From a virus (taxonomy: Duplodnaviria; Caudoviricetes), in the IMG/VR virus record IMGVR_UViG_3300015607_004160: 64,000 nucleotides of DNA. One strand, written 5' to 3'. A program made the position numbers and the translations under genes. The notes under the pieces are model-generated. The model saw nothing but the letters and a program-made list of their open reading frames with translations, ran no database searches and was not told where the DNA came from. Of the stretch, positions 36,869-46,780 are shown piece by piece (position 1 is the first letter of the stretch; every line of letters starts with the position of its first letter).

Positions 36869-37825
36869 GTGCGGATTAAAAAGTTCAATGAATCATACAA
36901 TAAAGATATTTCATATTACTTATCAAAATTTACAGAAGTACATGGTGATAAATATGACTATCCTGATGTAGAAAAATTTTTTAAAAATAGTCAGTCTAAA
37001 ATTAATATACATTGTAAAAAATGTGGTAATATATTTAATCAGTCTATATCACATCATATATGGTCTAAATCTGGATGTAGAAATTGCTATGGAAATGCTC
37101 CTAATACAATTGATAAAATACTAAATAGGTCAGAAAAAATACACGGAGTTGGTCGATATTCATATCCAAATATTACCAATGAAAAAATTTCAGCATTTAG
37201 TAAAATTACAATATTGTGTAATAACTGTGGTAATTTATTTAAACAATCCGTTGCTGCTCATCTAAATAAAAAAAATGGGTGTAATAGATGTGTTAAAAGT
37301 AAAGTAGAAAATCTAATAGAAAACTACCTAATATCAAATAACATTGAATATGTTTCACAACATACATTTGATGGATGTGTATATAAGAGAAACTTATATT
37401 TTGACTTCTTCATTCCTAAATATAATTTATGTATAGAGTATGATGGTGAACAACATTTCAAATCAAGAAGAGACAGAGGTAGTCATAGTTTAGAACTACA
37501 AAGTATTAAAGATAATATTAAGAATCAATTTTGTCTTAAAAATTCCATAAATTTAGAAAGAATTATATATACAGACAACCTTTCAAAAAAACTTAAGGAA
37601 ATTTTAAATAAATATGGGTGTAAAGAAATTAAAAGTCTAAATGATGTTTCTATTTTATTTAATAAAAAGGCATCAAAATTTTGTTCCAAGTGTAAAAAAG
37701 AAAAAATTCTAGATGACTTTAACAAATCATCTAGAATGATAGATGGGTATAAATCATATTGTAGAGAATGCTCATCTGAAATGGGCAAAAAATACTATGA
37801 TACAAAAAATAAAAATAAAAAATGA
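36869..37825 (+). CDS. Homing endonuclease-like protein (Zn repeats plus PD-(D/E)xK/VSR-like nuclease) with N-terminal tag
   Basis: MRIKKFNES; two HG..Y.Y..C..C repeats; FDFFIPKYNLCIEYDGEQHF. Confidence 0.75.
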   Translation: MRIKKFNESYNKDISYYLSKFTEVHGDKYDYPDVEKFFKNSQSKINIHCKKCGNIFNQSISHHIWSKSGCRNCYGNAPNTIDKILNRSEKIHGVGRYSYPNITNEKISAFSKITILCNNCGNLFKQSVAAHLNKKNGCNRCVKSKVENLIENYLISNNIEYVSQHTFDGCVYKRNLYFDFFIPKYNLCIEYDGEQHFKSRRDRGSHSLELQSIKDNIKNQFCLKNSINLERIIYTDNLSKKLKEILNKYGCKEIKSLNDVSILFNKKASKFCSKCKKEKILDDFNKSSRMIDGYKSYCRECSSEMGKKYYDTKNKNKK

Positions 37826-38640
37826 TTAGCTACATTGGTGGAAAAAGCAGAATAGCTCCACAATTAATAATACCAAATATACCTAGTGATATTGAAATAT
37901 ATGTTGAACCATTTTCGGGTATGTTTTGGACCTTTTTTAAAATGGATTTGTCCAAATTTAATAAGGTAAAGACGATAGTTTATAATGATTTTAACCCATT
38001 GAATGTAAATTTATTCAACTGTGTTAGAAATTATGATAAATTTCATAGTATACTCAAAGATTATAATTCTCAAGATAGAGAATTATTTAATATTTCACAA
38101 AAAGAGATATTTGATAAAGATATAATTTTGAATATGAATACCCCAGATTATCATATAGCATCAAAATATGCATTGGTGTTGTCTCAAGTTTTCTCTGGGA
38201 CAAATCCTGAGAAAGGTAAATTTATTGACCTAAAAGGTAAATATAAATCCAAATTCGACTCATTTAAAAACAAATTAACAAATCCAAAATGGCAGGCCTA
38301 TTTCGATAAAATAACTGTTGTTGAAAATATGGATTTTGAAGATGTTATTAAGAAATATGATTCAAAGAAATCTTATTTTTATTGTGATCCTCCTTACTAT
38401 AATACTGAAAATTACTACGCTAACCATGATTTTGGATTAGAAACTCATGAAAGATTAGCAAATTGTCTTACATCTATGAAAGGTAAATTTTCATTAAGTT
38501 ATTATGACTTTCCACAACTATCTGAATGGTTTCCAAAGGATGAATATACTTGGAAAGAAAGAGAGTTCGCTAAAGCAGCAATGGCTAAAGCTGGAAAAGC
38601 ACAAACTAAAGCAGTAGAGCTTCTTATAATGAACTATTAA
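37822..38640 (+). CDS. Dam-family DNA adenine methyltransferase
   Basis: YIGGKS, YVEPFSG, YNDFN, CDPPYY. Confidence 0.9.
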   Translation: MISYIGGKSRIAPQLIIPNIPSDIEIYVEPFSGMFWTFFKMDLSKFNKVKTIVYNDFNPLNVNLFNCVRNYDKFHSILKDYNSQDRELFNISQKEIFDKDIILNMNTPDYHIASKYALVLSQVFSGTNPEKGKFIDLKGKYKSKFDSFKNKLTNPKWQAYFDKITVVENMDFEDVIKKYDSKKSYFYCDPPYYNTENYYANHDFGLETHERLANCLTSMKGKFSLSYYDFPQLSEWFPKDEYTWKEREFAKAAMAKAGKAQTKAVELLIMNY

Positions 38641-38641
38641 A

Positions 38642-38869
38642 ATGATACACTGTCATATTTGTTATACTGAAAATGTTGATCCAGAATGGGTTTGTGATAG
38701 ATGTGAACAACATTATTGTGAGGATTGTTCTTATACATTTAGTCTTCATTATCAACATCAGGGAAACAGGTGTTATCAATGTGCTGATCAAAGTAGAAGA
38801 GAAAAATTACCAAATATAGATATATTAAGGGATAGGAAAATAAAAATATGGGCAAACCTTTTTTTATAA
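38642..38869 (+). CDS. Zinc-finger protein (four CxxC) with C-terminal tag
   Basis: CHIC, CDRC, CEDC, CYQC; LRDRKIKI. Confidence 0.65.
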   Translation: MIHCHICYTENVDPEWVCDRCEQHYCEDCSYTFSLHYQHQGNRCYQCADQSRREKLPNIDILRDRKIKIWANLFL

Positions 38870-38884
38870 AAATTTTCAAAATCT

Positions 38885-39079
38885 ATGAAGATAAAAGATA
38901 TATTAAAAGGTATAAGAAATAAAAGGAATAGATTAAGAGTAGGATATGTTTATGCTCCTTATGTGACAGTTCAAAGTATATCGGTGATAACAAATTTTCC
39001 GAAAAAATCATTATCTTTGAAATATTCAACAAATGATATTAATTCAAACTACTTCTCAAAAATTACGATTGAAAAATGA
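38885..39079 (+). CDS. Small protein resembling the C-terminus of T4-like major capsid protein
   Basis: GYVYAPYV...NFPKKSLSLKYS...NSNYFSKITI. Confidence 0.5.
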   Translation: MKIKDILKGIRNKRNRLRVGYVYAPYVTVQSISVITNFPKKSLSLKYSTNDINSNYFSKITIEK

Positions 39080-39324
39080 ATCTACTCTGTAAAATGGGAT
39101 ATCATAAGTGGAAATACGACACACAACGTATGGTAATAAATCCGATGGAGGGTGAAAACTGGGGATTGGATGATATTGAAATGGATTGTACTATTCGATT
39201 ATGTGATAAATGTTGTAAAAAAGAAATTAATCGATATAGAGGTGAATGGAGAAAAACAAAATTTTACACTAAAGAAGAAAAGAGAGATATGAAGTTAAAA
39301 ATTTTAATAGGAAAAGACGTATAA
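39076..39324 (+). CDS. Small putative zinc-binding protein (DUF1660-like) with C-terminal tag
   Basis: CKMGYHKW...CDKCC; KRDMKLKIL. Confidence 0.65.
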   Translation: MNLLCKMGYHKWKYDTQRMVINPMEGENWGLDDIEMDCTIRLCDKCCKKEINRYRGEWRKTKFYTKEEKRDMKLKILIGKDV

Positions 39325-39356
39325 AAAATAAATAGATAAAATGAAAGTAAATCAAC

Positions 39357-39578
39357 ATGAAATTTAAACCAGGTGATTTAGTTATTAAAAATACTGGTGG
39401 TAATAAAATGAGAATAGTTGAGTGTAAAGACGACGGTACAGTTGACTGTGTTTGGGCGACAGAAAGTTTACATGAAGGACTATTCAATGAGAATGATTTA
39501 GTTTCTATGAATGATTATAAATCAGCTATCATAAACGAAAAACGTGATGATTTAATCAATACAATACTAGGTAAATAG
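39357..39578 (+). CDS. YodC/DUF2158-like small protein with C-terminal tag
   Basis: FKPGDLV..TGG.KM.I..VDCVW..FNENDL; KRDDLINTIL. Confidence 0.6.
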   Translation: MKFKPGDLVIKNTGGNKMRIVECKDDGTVDCVWATESLHEGLFNENDLVSMNDYKSAIINEKRDDLINTILGK

Positions 39579-39602
39579 TTATCTAATATTATATTTTAAA
39601 GA

Positions 39603-40361
39603 TTAGTTACTCCAATTAAACTCCTTAGCAACTTTAGATAATTCACTATCTGGCTCGTATTCCAAGACGGAAAATTTTGGATTATAATATCCACAAATTT
39701 CAGATTTATCTTTAAAGAATAATTTATATAAACTATTCTTTTCATCCCATATAGAGTCGATATTATTATCACTTATAAATTTTTTAAAATCCTCACTGTT
39801 TATAAAATGACTACCAGATCTATATCTATCTATATACGATTCAGATATTATTTTTAACAATTTATTAGATGATTTTTTCATCATAGACTCTACTACCTGA
39901 TACTTTTCATAGGCTTCTTTAGAATCAATTTTACTTGTATGATTTTCTAAAAATATTTTCAAGCTTTCTTCATCATATCCCCATTTTTCTAAAATATTAT
40001 TGATTTTATTTTCTTCTTTAATATTTAAATCTTCTATATTGATTGATTCAATTTTTTCCTCAATGGATCTCCAATCCCTATTTGTTGATTTTAAAGATTC
40101 AAGTGCTTTCACAATATCTTTATTAGATTTTTGTGAAAGTAAGTCTGTTAAAGCTTCTACAAACATTTCTTTACCAACGATTCTAGTAGGAATCATAATC
40201 TCTGGTCTAGCAACACCAAATGAACGAATGCTTAAAAAATCATCCATCAATTTCATTATTGAATTTTTAAATTCATTAACTTCTAATTCTTCATTAGTTA
40301 TTTTTACTGGGACTGGCTCTTGTCCAACTTTTGCTCCCGATACGATTGTAAATTTCCTCAT
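39603..40361 (-). CDS. Hypothetical protein
   Basis: 252 aa; TAATATATA upstream. Confidence 0.65.
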   Translation of the reverse strand: MRKFTIVSGAKVGQEPVPVKITNEELEVNEFKNSIMKLMDDFLSIRSFGVARPEIMIPTRIVGKEMFVEALTDLLSQKSNKDIVKALESLKSTNRDWRSIEEKIESINIEDLNIKEENKINNILEKWGYDEESLKIFLENHTSKIDSKEAYEKYQVVESMMKKSSNKLLKIISESYIDRYRSGSHFINSEDFKKFISDNNIDSIWDEKNSLYKLFFKDKSEICGYYNPKFSVLEYEPDSELSKVAKEFNWSN

Positions 40362-40387
40362 GCCTTATATATTAAATTTAATTAATT

Positions 40388-40412
40388 AAAAATCCCCATT
40401 AAAGGGGATTTT
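40388..40412 (-). terminator. Intrinsic terminator after the Hc1-like gene
   Basis: AAAATCCCC-N6-GGGGATTTT inverted repeat. Confidence 0.7.
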
Positions 40413-40414
40413 AT

Positions 40415-40630
40415 TTAAAGTGTTTGTTTATAAGATTGAACATCATTTCGTATTGATTCAGATGTTCTCCTTAACATTTGCATTATTTTCCTAACTCTTG
40501 TTCCTGCAGTTCTATTTCCTTTCACAAAAAATCTTTCAAATTCTTCTTCCAACTTATATTTCTTACCGTCAATTTCCACTTCTTCAGTAATTATTTTCCT
40601 AAGTTCATCGTACTTATCCATGTAGTCCAT
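40415..40630 (-). CDS. Histone H1-like Hc1-family protein
   Basis: FFVKGNRTAGTRVRK matches the KGNKAAGTRARK motif. Confidence 0.75.
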   Translation of the reverse strand: MDYMDKYDELRKIITEEVEIDGKKYKLEEEFERFFVKGNRTAGTRVRKIMQMLRRTSESIRNDVQSYKQTL

Positions 40631-40674
40631 ATAATTATTTTATTTTTATATATTGAAGATATAAATCTACCTAG

Positions 40675-41226
40675 TTATTTTTTAGTTGATTTAGTTGCTC
40701 TTTTCTTTGTTACTCCTCCGGCCTTTCTTTCTACTCCGACTCCTTTTGCTGCTGGTTTTTTAGCAGTTTTTCTTGCAACACTAGCCGCTTTCCTAGCCTC
40801 GACCTTGGCTGCACTAGACGCATTTACAGCCTTTTTAGTTTCTGCTTTTTTATTTATATCCTTTTCATTCTTCTTATATTCTTCTTGTTGATATTCTTCT
40901 TTTAGCTTTTTAGCCTGTTCTTCAGATAGCCCAATATACCAATATGGGATTGATTTATCCCACTTAGCAACTTTAACACTAATTGATTTTAAATCAACAT
41001 TTTTATCATTTTGTATATCAGTAAAGGCTTGACTAACAATTAAACTTGTATATTTAGATAAATAGTTTTTCATACCTGCAAGTGAGTATATTCCTCTTTC
41101 ATTTGCAATGCCTTTCATCTCAACATTCGGTCTTTTCTTGAACATCTCAAGTAATTCGTCTACAACCTCTTTTTTATTTGTTCTAGCCTCGTTTAATAAA
41201 AAATCGGAGAATTTTTGAACTTCCAT
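40675..41226 (-). CDS. N-tagged protein with Lys/Ala-rich histone-H1-like tail
   Basis: MEVQKFSDFLLNE; ARKAASVARKTAKKPAAK...KSTKK. Confidence 0.7.
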   Translation of the reverse strand: MEVQKFSDFLLNEARTNKKEVVDELLEMFKKRPNVEMKGIANERGIYSLAGMKNYLSKYTSLIVSQAFTDIQNDKNVDLKSISVKVAKWDKSIPYWYIGLSEEQAKKLKEEYQQEEYKKNEKDINKKAETKKAVNASSAAKVEARKAASVARKTAKKPAAKGVGVERKAGGVTKKRATKSTKK

Positions 41227-41252
41227 AAAATAATTTTTATTTTCTTTATATA

Positions 41253-42080
41253 TTAATAATTAATAACCAGAATTTCTTGGCTCTCACCCATATTTTTCTT
41301 CCTGGCCACTTTTTCATAGTCATGTTTTATATTAACCACCTTATATTTACTTAATCTATCCATAAATGGATTTTCTATGCCTTTGTGTACGGATACGCCA
41401 CTTAATGCAAATCTGATACCCTGCTTATCTAGTATATCCAATGTATCATATAGATACTTTTCACTATCTTTAGACCAATAGTTATTGTATCCAGCTTCTG
41501 TTATTCCATAATATGGTGGATCTAAATAGATAAAATCTTCCTTAGTTAACTTATAAATTGAAAAGAAATTACTAAAATGATAGTTAGTAAAGGTTATATC
41601 CTTATTCCTCAATACATTACTATAATCCCTAATTTTCTTAATAGTATTGTCATTAATGGTTCTTTTGCCAAAGGTTTGATTAAATTTAAATTTTTGATTA
41701 AATCTCATCATATTATTGGTACATGAACTAACTAATGCGAAAAATAAGTAAGGATCAAATGTCTTATTAAATTCCTCCCTCACAGAAGCATATTGTTCCG
41801 GTGATGTTTTATCTATCTTATAAGATAATATCTTTTCAATCTCTTCTTCTATATTATCATCTTTAGTTGCTTTATATAGATTATCATAGAATTTAATTAG
41901 TGGACTTAATATGTCATTAGAAACCGTCTTATTGTAATCGGTATTGATACTAACTGATAATCCACCAGCAAAAACATCATAAAAAATTTGAACACTATCT
42001 TTGGATGGAAAATGTTCAATTAATTGTGTCATTATTTTATCTTTACTTCCACTATAATTTAAAGGGCTCTTCAATATCAT
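41253..42080 (-). CDS. Dam-family DNA adenine methyltransferase
   Basis: SPLNYSGSK, DVFAGG, MRFN..FN..FGKR, YLDPPY. Confidence 0.9.
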   Translation of the reverse strand: MILKSPLNYSGSKDKIMTQLIEHFPSKDSVQIFYDVFAGGLSVSINTDYNKTVSNDILSPLIKFYDNLYKATKDDNIEEEIEKILSYKIDKTSPEQYASVREEFNKTFDPYLFFALVSSCTNNMMRFNQKFKFNQTFGKRTINDNTIKKIRDYSNVLRNKDITFTNYHFSNFFSIYKLTKEDFIYLDPPYYGITEAGYNNYWSKDSEKYLYDTLDILDKQGIRFALSGVSVHKGIENPFMDRLSKYKVVNIKHDYEKVARKKNMGESQEILVINY

Positions 42081-42229
42081 TCTAAAATATCATTTATTTT
42101 TTTATTTCTAACTTGATTTTTTGCTAATGCTTTTTTTCTATCAAATGTTTCATGACAAATTGAGCAACTAAACTCATAAAATAAAACAGCATAGTCCACC
42201 CTATCAGTTAAATATACTCTACCGCTCAT
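42077..42229 (-). CDS. Small protein (50 aa) with CxxC and C-terminal tag
   Basis: Not in the ORF track; MSGRVY...CSICH...VRNKKINDILE; overlaps stop and start codons of both neighbours. Confidence 0.65.
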   Translation of the reverse strand: MSGRVYLTDRVDYAVLFYEFSCSICHETFDRKKALAKNQVRNKKINDILE

Positions 42230-43356
42230 TATTTTATGTTAAAATGACTTTTAATTATTTCTTTGGCTATATCTTTAGATTTCAAGAAATATTTAGCACT
42301 ACCACTAGTTCTTAATATACCCAGTGATGATAAGACCTTTACAAAGTCATTAGCATCCTTTTGTAATATATTATTACCATTTAACTTAGATAATTCAATG
42401 ATAGATTTTGTGCTTGGTGCTTTATCATTGATTTTAGTATCAACATTATAAATAAGATCAATGATAGAATCATAAAGAATCCATTTTTGATAATTAGGAT
42501 CTCTTTCGATTTTCGCTCTGAACTCATTATATGTTCTAATTTTATAATATCTATTAAAATAAACACCAGCAAGAATTACAAATTCAACCAATGTTGAAAT
42601 AATGACAAAAAATAAAGTATTATTTTTATTTTCATTTTTTTTCTCACCACTTGACTCATTTATTTTAGACTCATACTCTTTTATTTTAAAATCTAGTTCG
42701 GCCTTAATTCTATTTATAGTTGTATCATTACTAACCAAATCAGTTCTTAATTGATCCCTTTCAATTTTTAAATCTCTTACTCTATTACGTTGTTGAGGAG
42801 TTAAGGGTTGAACCGCCTCTAGTGAAGTTTGTTCTTGATCTTTTTGTTCAATTTTACCTTTTATTATTTTAGAATCTTTTTCAATATCTTGAATTTTAAT
42901 ATTATAAATATTACTTAAACTATCTTCATATTTTTTAACATCTTGCTCAGCAATTACCTGTATTTGTTTTTCTTTAGTAGCAAATTCCTTAGCACCTGTA
43001 ATAGATGCGTAAAATGATATACTAACAATTGCAAATGATAATAACATCAATGGATAGATATTTTTATGTACAAATGTCTTTAATTTAATAGCTTGTGAAC
43101 TAAATTTTTGAAATATATCTCTTTTAAGTGATTCTAATCCACTTAATAATATAATAGACGCAATAAATACAACAAATGGATTATTAGTTATTGCTCCTTC
43201 TAGTATTTTAGATAGGAAAAAATAAGCTAAGAATATAGAAGAGATGTGTCCAAAAATAGAAAGGCCGAACATTACGGCATTAATATTTTTATACTCCTTT
43301 CCGAAGCTTTCCTCCTTAATAGAATCTTCTAATTTTTTATATTCATTTATATTCAT
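42229..43356 (-). CDS. Membrane protein with long coiled coil
   Basis: Three N-terminal TM segments, coiled coil, fourth TM segment. Confidence 0.7.
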   Translation of the reverse strand: MNINEYKKLEDSIKEESFGKEYKNINAVMFGLSIFGHISSIFLAYFFLSKILEGAITNNPFVVFIASIILLSGLESLKRDIFQKFSSQAIKLKTFVHKNIYPLMLLSFAIVSISFYASITGAKEFATKEKQIQVIAEQDVKKYEDSLSNIYNIKIQDIEKDSKIIKGKIEQKDQEQTSLEAVQPLTPQQRNRVRDLKIERDQLRTDLVSNDTTINRIKAELDFKIKEYESKINESSGEKKNENKNNTLFFVIISTLVEFVILAGVYFNRYYKIRTYNEFRAKIERDPNYQKWILYDSIIDLIYNVDTKINDKAPSTKSIIELSKLNGNNILQKDANDFVKVLSSLGILRTSGSAKYFLKSKDIAKEIIKSHFNIK

Positions 43357-43365
43357 TTTATTTTA

Positions 43366-43683
43366 TTATTTTTTTTTACCAAGAATCCTCTCCATAAATG
43401 TAAGCTTCCGATTTCTCTCTTTATCTAATCTAGATTCTAGGTCTTTTTTAACTGAATTATATTCAATTTTAATACTATTCAACTCATTTTCAACTTTATT
43501 TAGCATCATAGTTGATTCATCTAACTGACTCTTTAACTGTTCATTCTTTGCGTAAATAGCTCTATAGAAGTTTTTATATTTTAATAATAAAAATCGAGAC
43601 TCATCTTGATTTAGTCCCTCATTAAAATCTGAGGTCATTAAATAGTCTAATATGTCCTTTTCGGTTAAAAAGTCGTTTATCAT
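43366..43683 (-). CDS. Coiled-coil hypothetical protein
   Basis: Heptad pattern. Confidence 0.6.
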   Translation of the reverse strand: MINDFLTEKDILDYLMTSDFNEGLNQDESRFLLLKYKNFYRAIYAKNEQLKSQLDESTMMLNKVENELNSIKIEYNSVKKDLESRLDKERNRKLTFMERILGKKK

Positions 43684-43704
43684 AGTTACTATATATTTAT
43701 TTTA

Positions 43705-44766
43705 TTAAAATCCCATTTCCATAGATTTACCCTTAGTTTTTTTATTTTTCAACACCTCTATTATTCTTGGATTATGAAATTTATTCTTTTGTCCTAAATA
43801 CTTACAAATTTCATCTACTGTAGACTTTTCTAATCTATCAACTTCTATAACATCAATTAGATTATTACACTCCAATAGAGTTGGGTCTATTTCATGTTCA
43901 TCTGGTGTGTTTAATATTGTGACTATATGAAGACTATCCATATCAGAGGAAACCCCATCTACCATTTGTAATAGGTTATTAGTAAATATATTAGACTTGG
44001 TATAAGCGTGTGAGAAGAATATTTCACAATCATCTATTACAAGTATAGAATTTCTATATCTCTTAATTATATTTTTAAATTCATTACTATTTATAGTAAC
44101 ATCAATCATATTAGCAGGAACAAAAATACACAATTTATCAATATTTGAAGCAATATGTGTAATTAATGTTGTTTTACCTGATCCTCTTTCACCATATATA
44201 ATACTCAATCCCTTTTTAGCATTTTTAATTGATTTTGTCAATCTTTTCGATTTTTTCATAACACTACTATTATAATAGAGATCAATATTATCATAATCGA
44301 AGTCTATTGGATCAATTGGTTCCAATTGCAATCCATCAGGAGTTAGTGTAAGTATATTAAATTTTTGCTGTACTCCATCTTGATAGTCAACTATAAAGGG
44401 TGATAGTGATTCTATTAAATTATTTGATTCTTTTTCAAATTCAGATTTGTAATAGATTGAGATATCTGTAATTACTCCTAATTCCGATGTTTTATCATAC
44501 TCAACAAATGATAAATATATACCATCATTTATCTTTACTAATGATTTTTCGTTAATTATAGAATCATCACCAGTTGGTATTATTTCTTTGGATAAAGTTT
44601 TTGAAATTGATATTTTATTTACAAACTCAACAAATTCCTTTATTTTATAAGTACTATAAATTGATATTTTATTTGGAATACCATCAAAATCAGCGGCACA
44701 AAAGAGATAATCGTTTATTGATGGATCATCTTTATTTATATTTAAATTTAATTTATTATTAATCAT
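43705..44766 (-). CDS. AAA+ ATPase
   Basis: GERGSGKTT, ILVIDDCE, LLQMVDG. Confidence 0.8.
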   Translation of the reverse strand: MINNKLNLNINKDDPSINDYLFCAADFDGIPNKISIYSTYKIKEFVEFVNKISISKTLSKEIIPTGDDSIINEKSLVKINDGIYLSFVEYDKTSELGVITDISIYYKSEFEKESNNLIESLSPFIVDYQDGVQQKFNILTLTPDGLQLEPIDPIDFDYDNIDLYYNSSVMKKSKRLTKSIKNAKKGLSIIYGERGSGKTTLITHIASNIDKLCIFVPANMIDVTINSNEFKNIIKRYRNSILVIDDCEIFFSHAYTKSNIFTNNLLQMVDGVSSDMDSLHIVTILNTPDEHEIDPTLLECNNLIDVIEVDRLEKSTVDEICKYLGQKNKFHNPRIIEVLKNKKTKGKSMEMGF

Positions 44767-44798
44767 GTAAAAAAAGTTATTTTTATTTTTTAATATAT

Positions 44799-45008
44799 AT
44801 GGAAAAATTCACCGTCCTAAAAATGAAAAATGATGTGGAGTCTATTTTAGCAATAAATCGTTATTTACTAAATAGTAAAAATGATATTAAAAAGAAAGAA
44901 TTAGTAAGAGGATATTTAACTTCAAAACTAAATTCGATGCTAGAAAGTCCAAAAAAGGAAGTAGTAACTAGTCTTTTTAATATACCATTAACTCTACTTT
45001 CACTTTAG
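44799..45008 (+). CDS. Hypothetical protein
   Basis: 69 aa; TAATATAT directly before ATG. Confidence 0.5.
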   Translation: MEKFTVLKMKNDVESILAINRYLLNSKNDIKKKELVRGYLTSKLNSMLESPKKEVVTSLFNIPLTLLSL

Positions 45009-45217
45009 ATTTGAGGCCCTTGTCCAAGGTCAATGATTGGACCACTAACTCCGGGAATAGCGGAAACGTTATTATCAAATTTACCAGCAGCTTTTTCTCT
45101 CTCTATTAGTTCCGCAAGGAAATTTTCTTTAGCTTTTTCCAACTTTTTTTGTTGTACTTTAATTGATTCGTTTCTTTTAGCAACCCTCTTTCTATGCTCT
45201 TTTTTATTTTTACCCAT
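45005..45217 (-). CDS. Small basic hypothetical protein
   Basis: MGKNKKEHRKRVAKRN. Confidence 0.6.
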   Translation of the reverse strand: MGKNKKEHRKRVAKRNESIKVQQKKLEKAKENFLAELIEREKAAGKFDNNVSAIPGVSGPIIDLGQGPQI

Positions 45218-45269
45218 TGTATATTGTTTTTTATATTATAAAGATAATACTAACAGAAGTTTATATGTT

Positions 45270-46364
45270 TTAAACGGAATTTTCATTGAAAATCACCGTA
45301 TATTTACTTTTTATTTCTTCTAAGTAATCTTCACTTACGTTAGGAACAAGTGTTCCATCGGGTAAATAAACATCATATATATAACTTATCAATTCAATGT
45401 TGGCTGTTCTTACCTGAGTAATCATTGGATCAATACTATTTAAAAACTCTACACTATCATTCTCATCAAATCCATCATCGGTTATTTCGGGTATTTTATA
45501 CCCCTTTTCCATATTAGCTAATCTTTCTGTTAATTCATCAATTTCATCTTGTTTATCTTTTATTTCCTTAGCTGTTCCATTTGGTCTACGGTGTTTTCCA
45601 AATCCCTTCAACCAATTTAAATCCGCTTTAGCTGATTCAAGTTGCTTTTTAAGTGATGATATTTGTGATGATAGATTACTTGGCTTAACTTTTTTCTTTA
45701 GCTTTCCAACTAATCCACTGGCAATACTTTTTAACGATTTTACTGCACCGAAAATAGATATTAATATAGTTAGGGCTAAGTTAAGTGGAGTTGTAATGAC
45801 ATCAAACTTATTCTTAGGAAGTAAGTATGTTAAATTTTTAAGTGGATCTAAATACTGTATAACATCCATTAACTTATCTACAATTTTAGATATTGCATCT
45901 ACAATTAACATAACTAATGATATTGCTGCTGGTACATTAAAAGATGGTGGAGAAACTAAAACTGCTGCTCCAGATATTGCGGTTGATATTTGTACAGATA
46001 TTTTTATAAGATCCTGTATTAAATCCTTTTGTGATTTAACCATCAACATAGCCGCCTGCCTAGTATCATCTTTCATTTTCTTTACTTGGTCATAATATTG
46101 ACTGGTTTTTGGTAATGGGTATATATGATTATCACGGCCAAACTTTGCTAATTGTTCTTTTTCATTTGCAATTGAAGCGGTTAGTCCGCTTATTCTACCA
46201 TCAATCATCATTTCAGCATCTTCCTTACTAAGACTCGGAGTTTTCGCCCTAATTATATTCTTTGCTATTTCATTATCTGGAAGGAAATTAGAAGCAATAT
46301 CAAAGTTGATACCGTAAATAGATTCTTTTAATTTATTAATGTTATTTTCTAATTGAGTAGCCAT
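45270..46364 (-). CDS. Hypothetical protein with hydrophobic helices and coiled coil
   Basis: 364-aa ORF. Confidence 0.7.
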   Translation of the reverse strand: MATQLENNINKLKESIYGINFDIASNFLPDNEIAKNIIRAKTPSLSKEDAEMMIDGRISGLTASIANEKEQLAKFGRDNHIYPLPKTSQYYDQVKKMKDDTRQAAMLMVKSQKDLIQDLIKISVQISTAISGAAVLVSPPSFNVPAAISLVMLIVDAISKIVDKLMDVIQYLDPLKNLTYLLPKNKFDVITTPLNLALTILISIFGAVKSLKSIASGLVGKLKKKVKPSNLSSQISSLKKQLESAKADLNWLKGFGKHRRPNGTAKEIKDKQDEIDELTERLANMEKGYKIPEITDDGFDENDSVEFLNSIDPMITQVRTANIELISYIYDVYLPDGTLVPNVSEDYLEEIKSKYTVIFNENSV

Positions 46365-46420
46365 TTAAGATTTATATCTTTTGGATATATATTTATTCCA
46401 CTAGTTTACAATCAAATTTT

Positions 46421-46780
46421 TTAAATTGAAACCATAATTTTAGGTGTTGTATGATAACATCCGTCAGTTATCTGTATTTTAAGGTCATGTTCCCTACAAT
46501 AAGCATTGCATAATTCATAATCCTCATTTTCATCCAAACTAGAGAAGAATCTATTACCATCATTATCATAATAAACCTCAAAATCTTGATTATAATAGTG
46601 ATTAACGTATTTAATGATATAATCAGCAGCCATCATATCACTATTAAAGCAATGTACTAAGTTATATACATCATCTATAAAGTCACTATTTCTTACTATA
46701 ACACAATATATTGTAGGATCATTATCCCACTTTTTAATCATTTCTTCAGATGAAGATTCATTAAATCTCTTTATCTTCAT
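46421..46780 (-). CDS. Hypothetical protein (N-terminal tag)
   Basis: Start reassigned to MKIKRFNES at 46780. Confidence 0.65.
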   Translation of the reverse strand: MKIKRFNESSSEEMIKKWDNDPTIYCVIVRNSDFIDDVYNLVHCFNSDMMAADYIIKYVNHYYNQDFEVYYDNDGNRFFSSLDENEDYELCNAYCREHDLKIQITDGCYHTTPKIMVSI

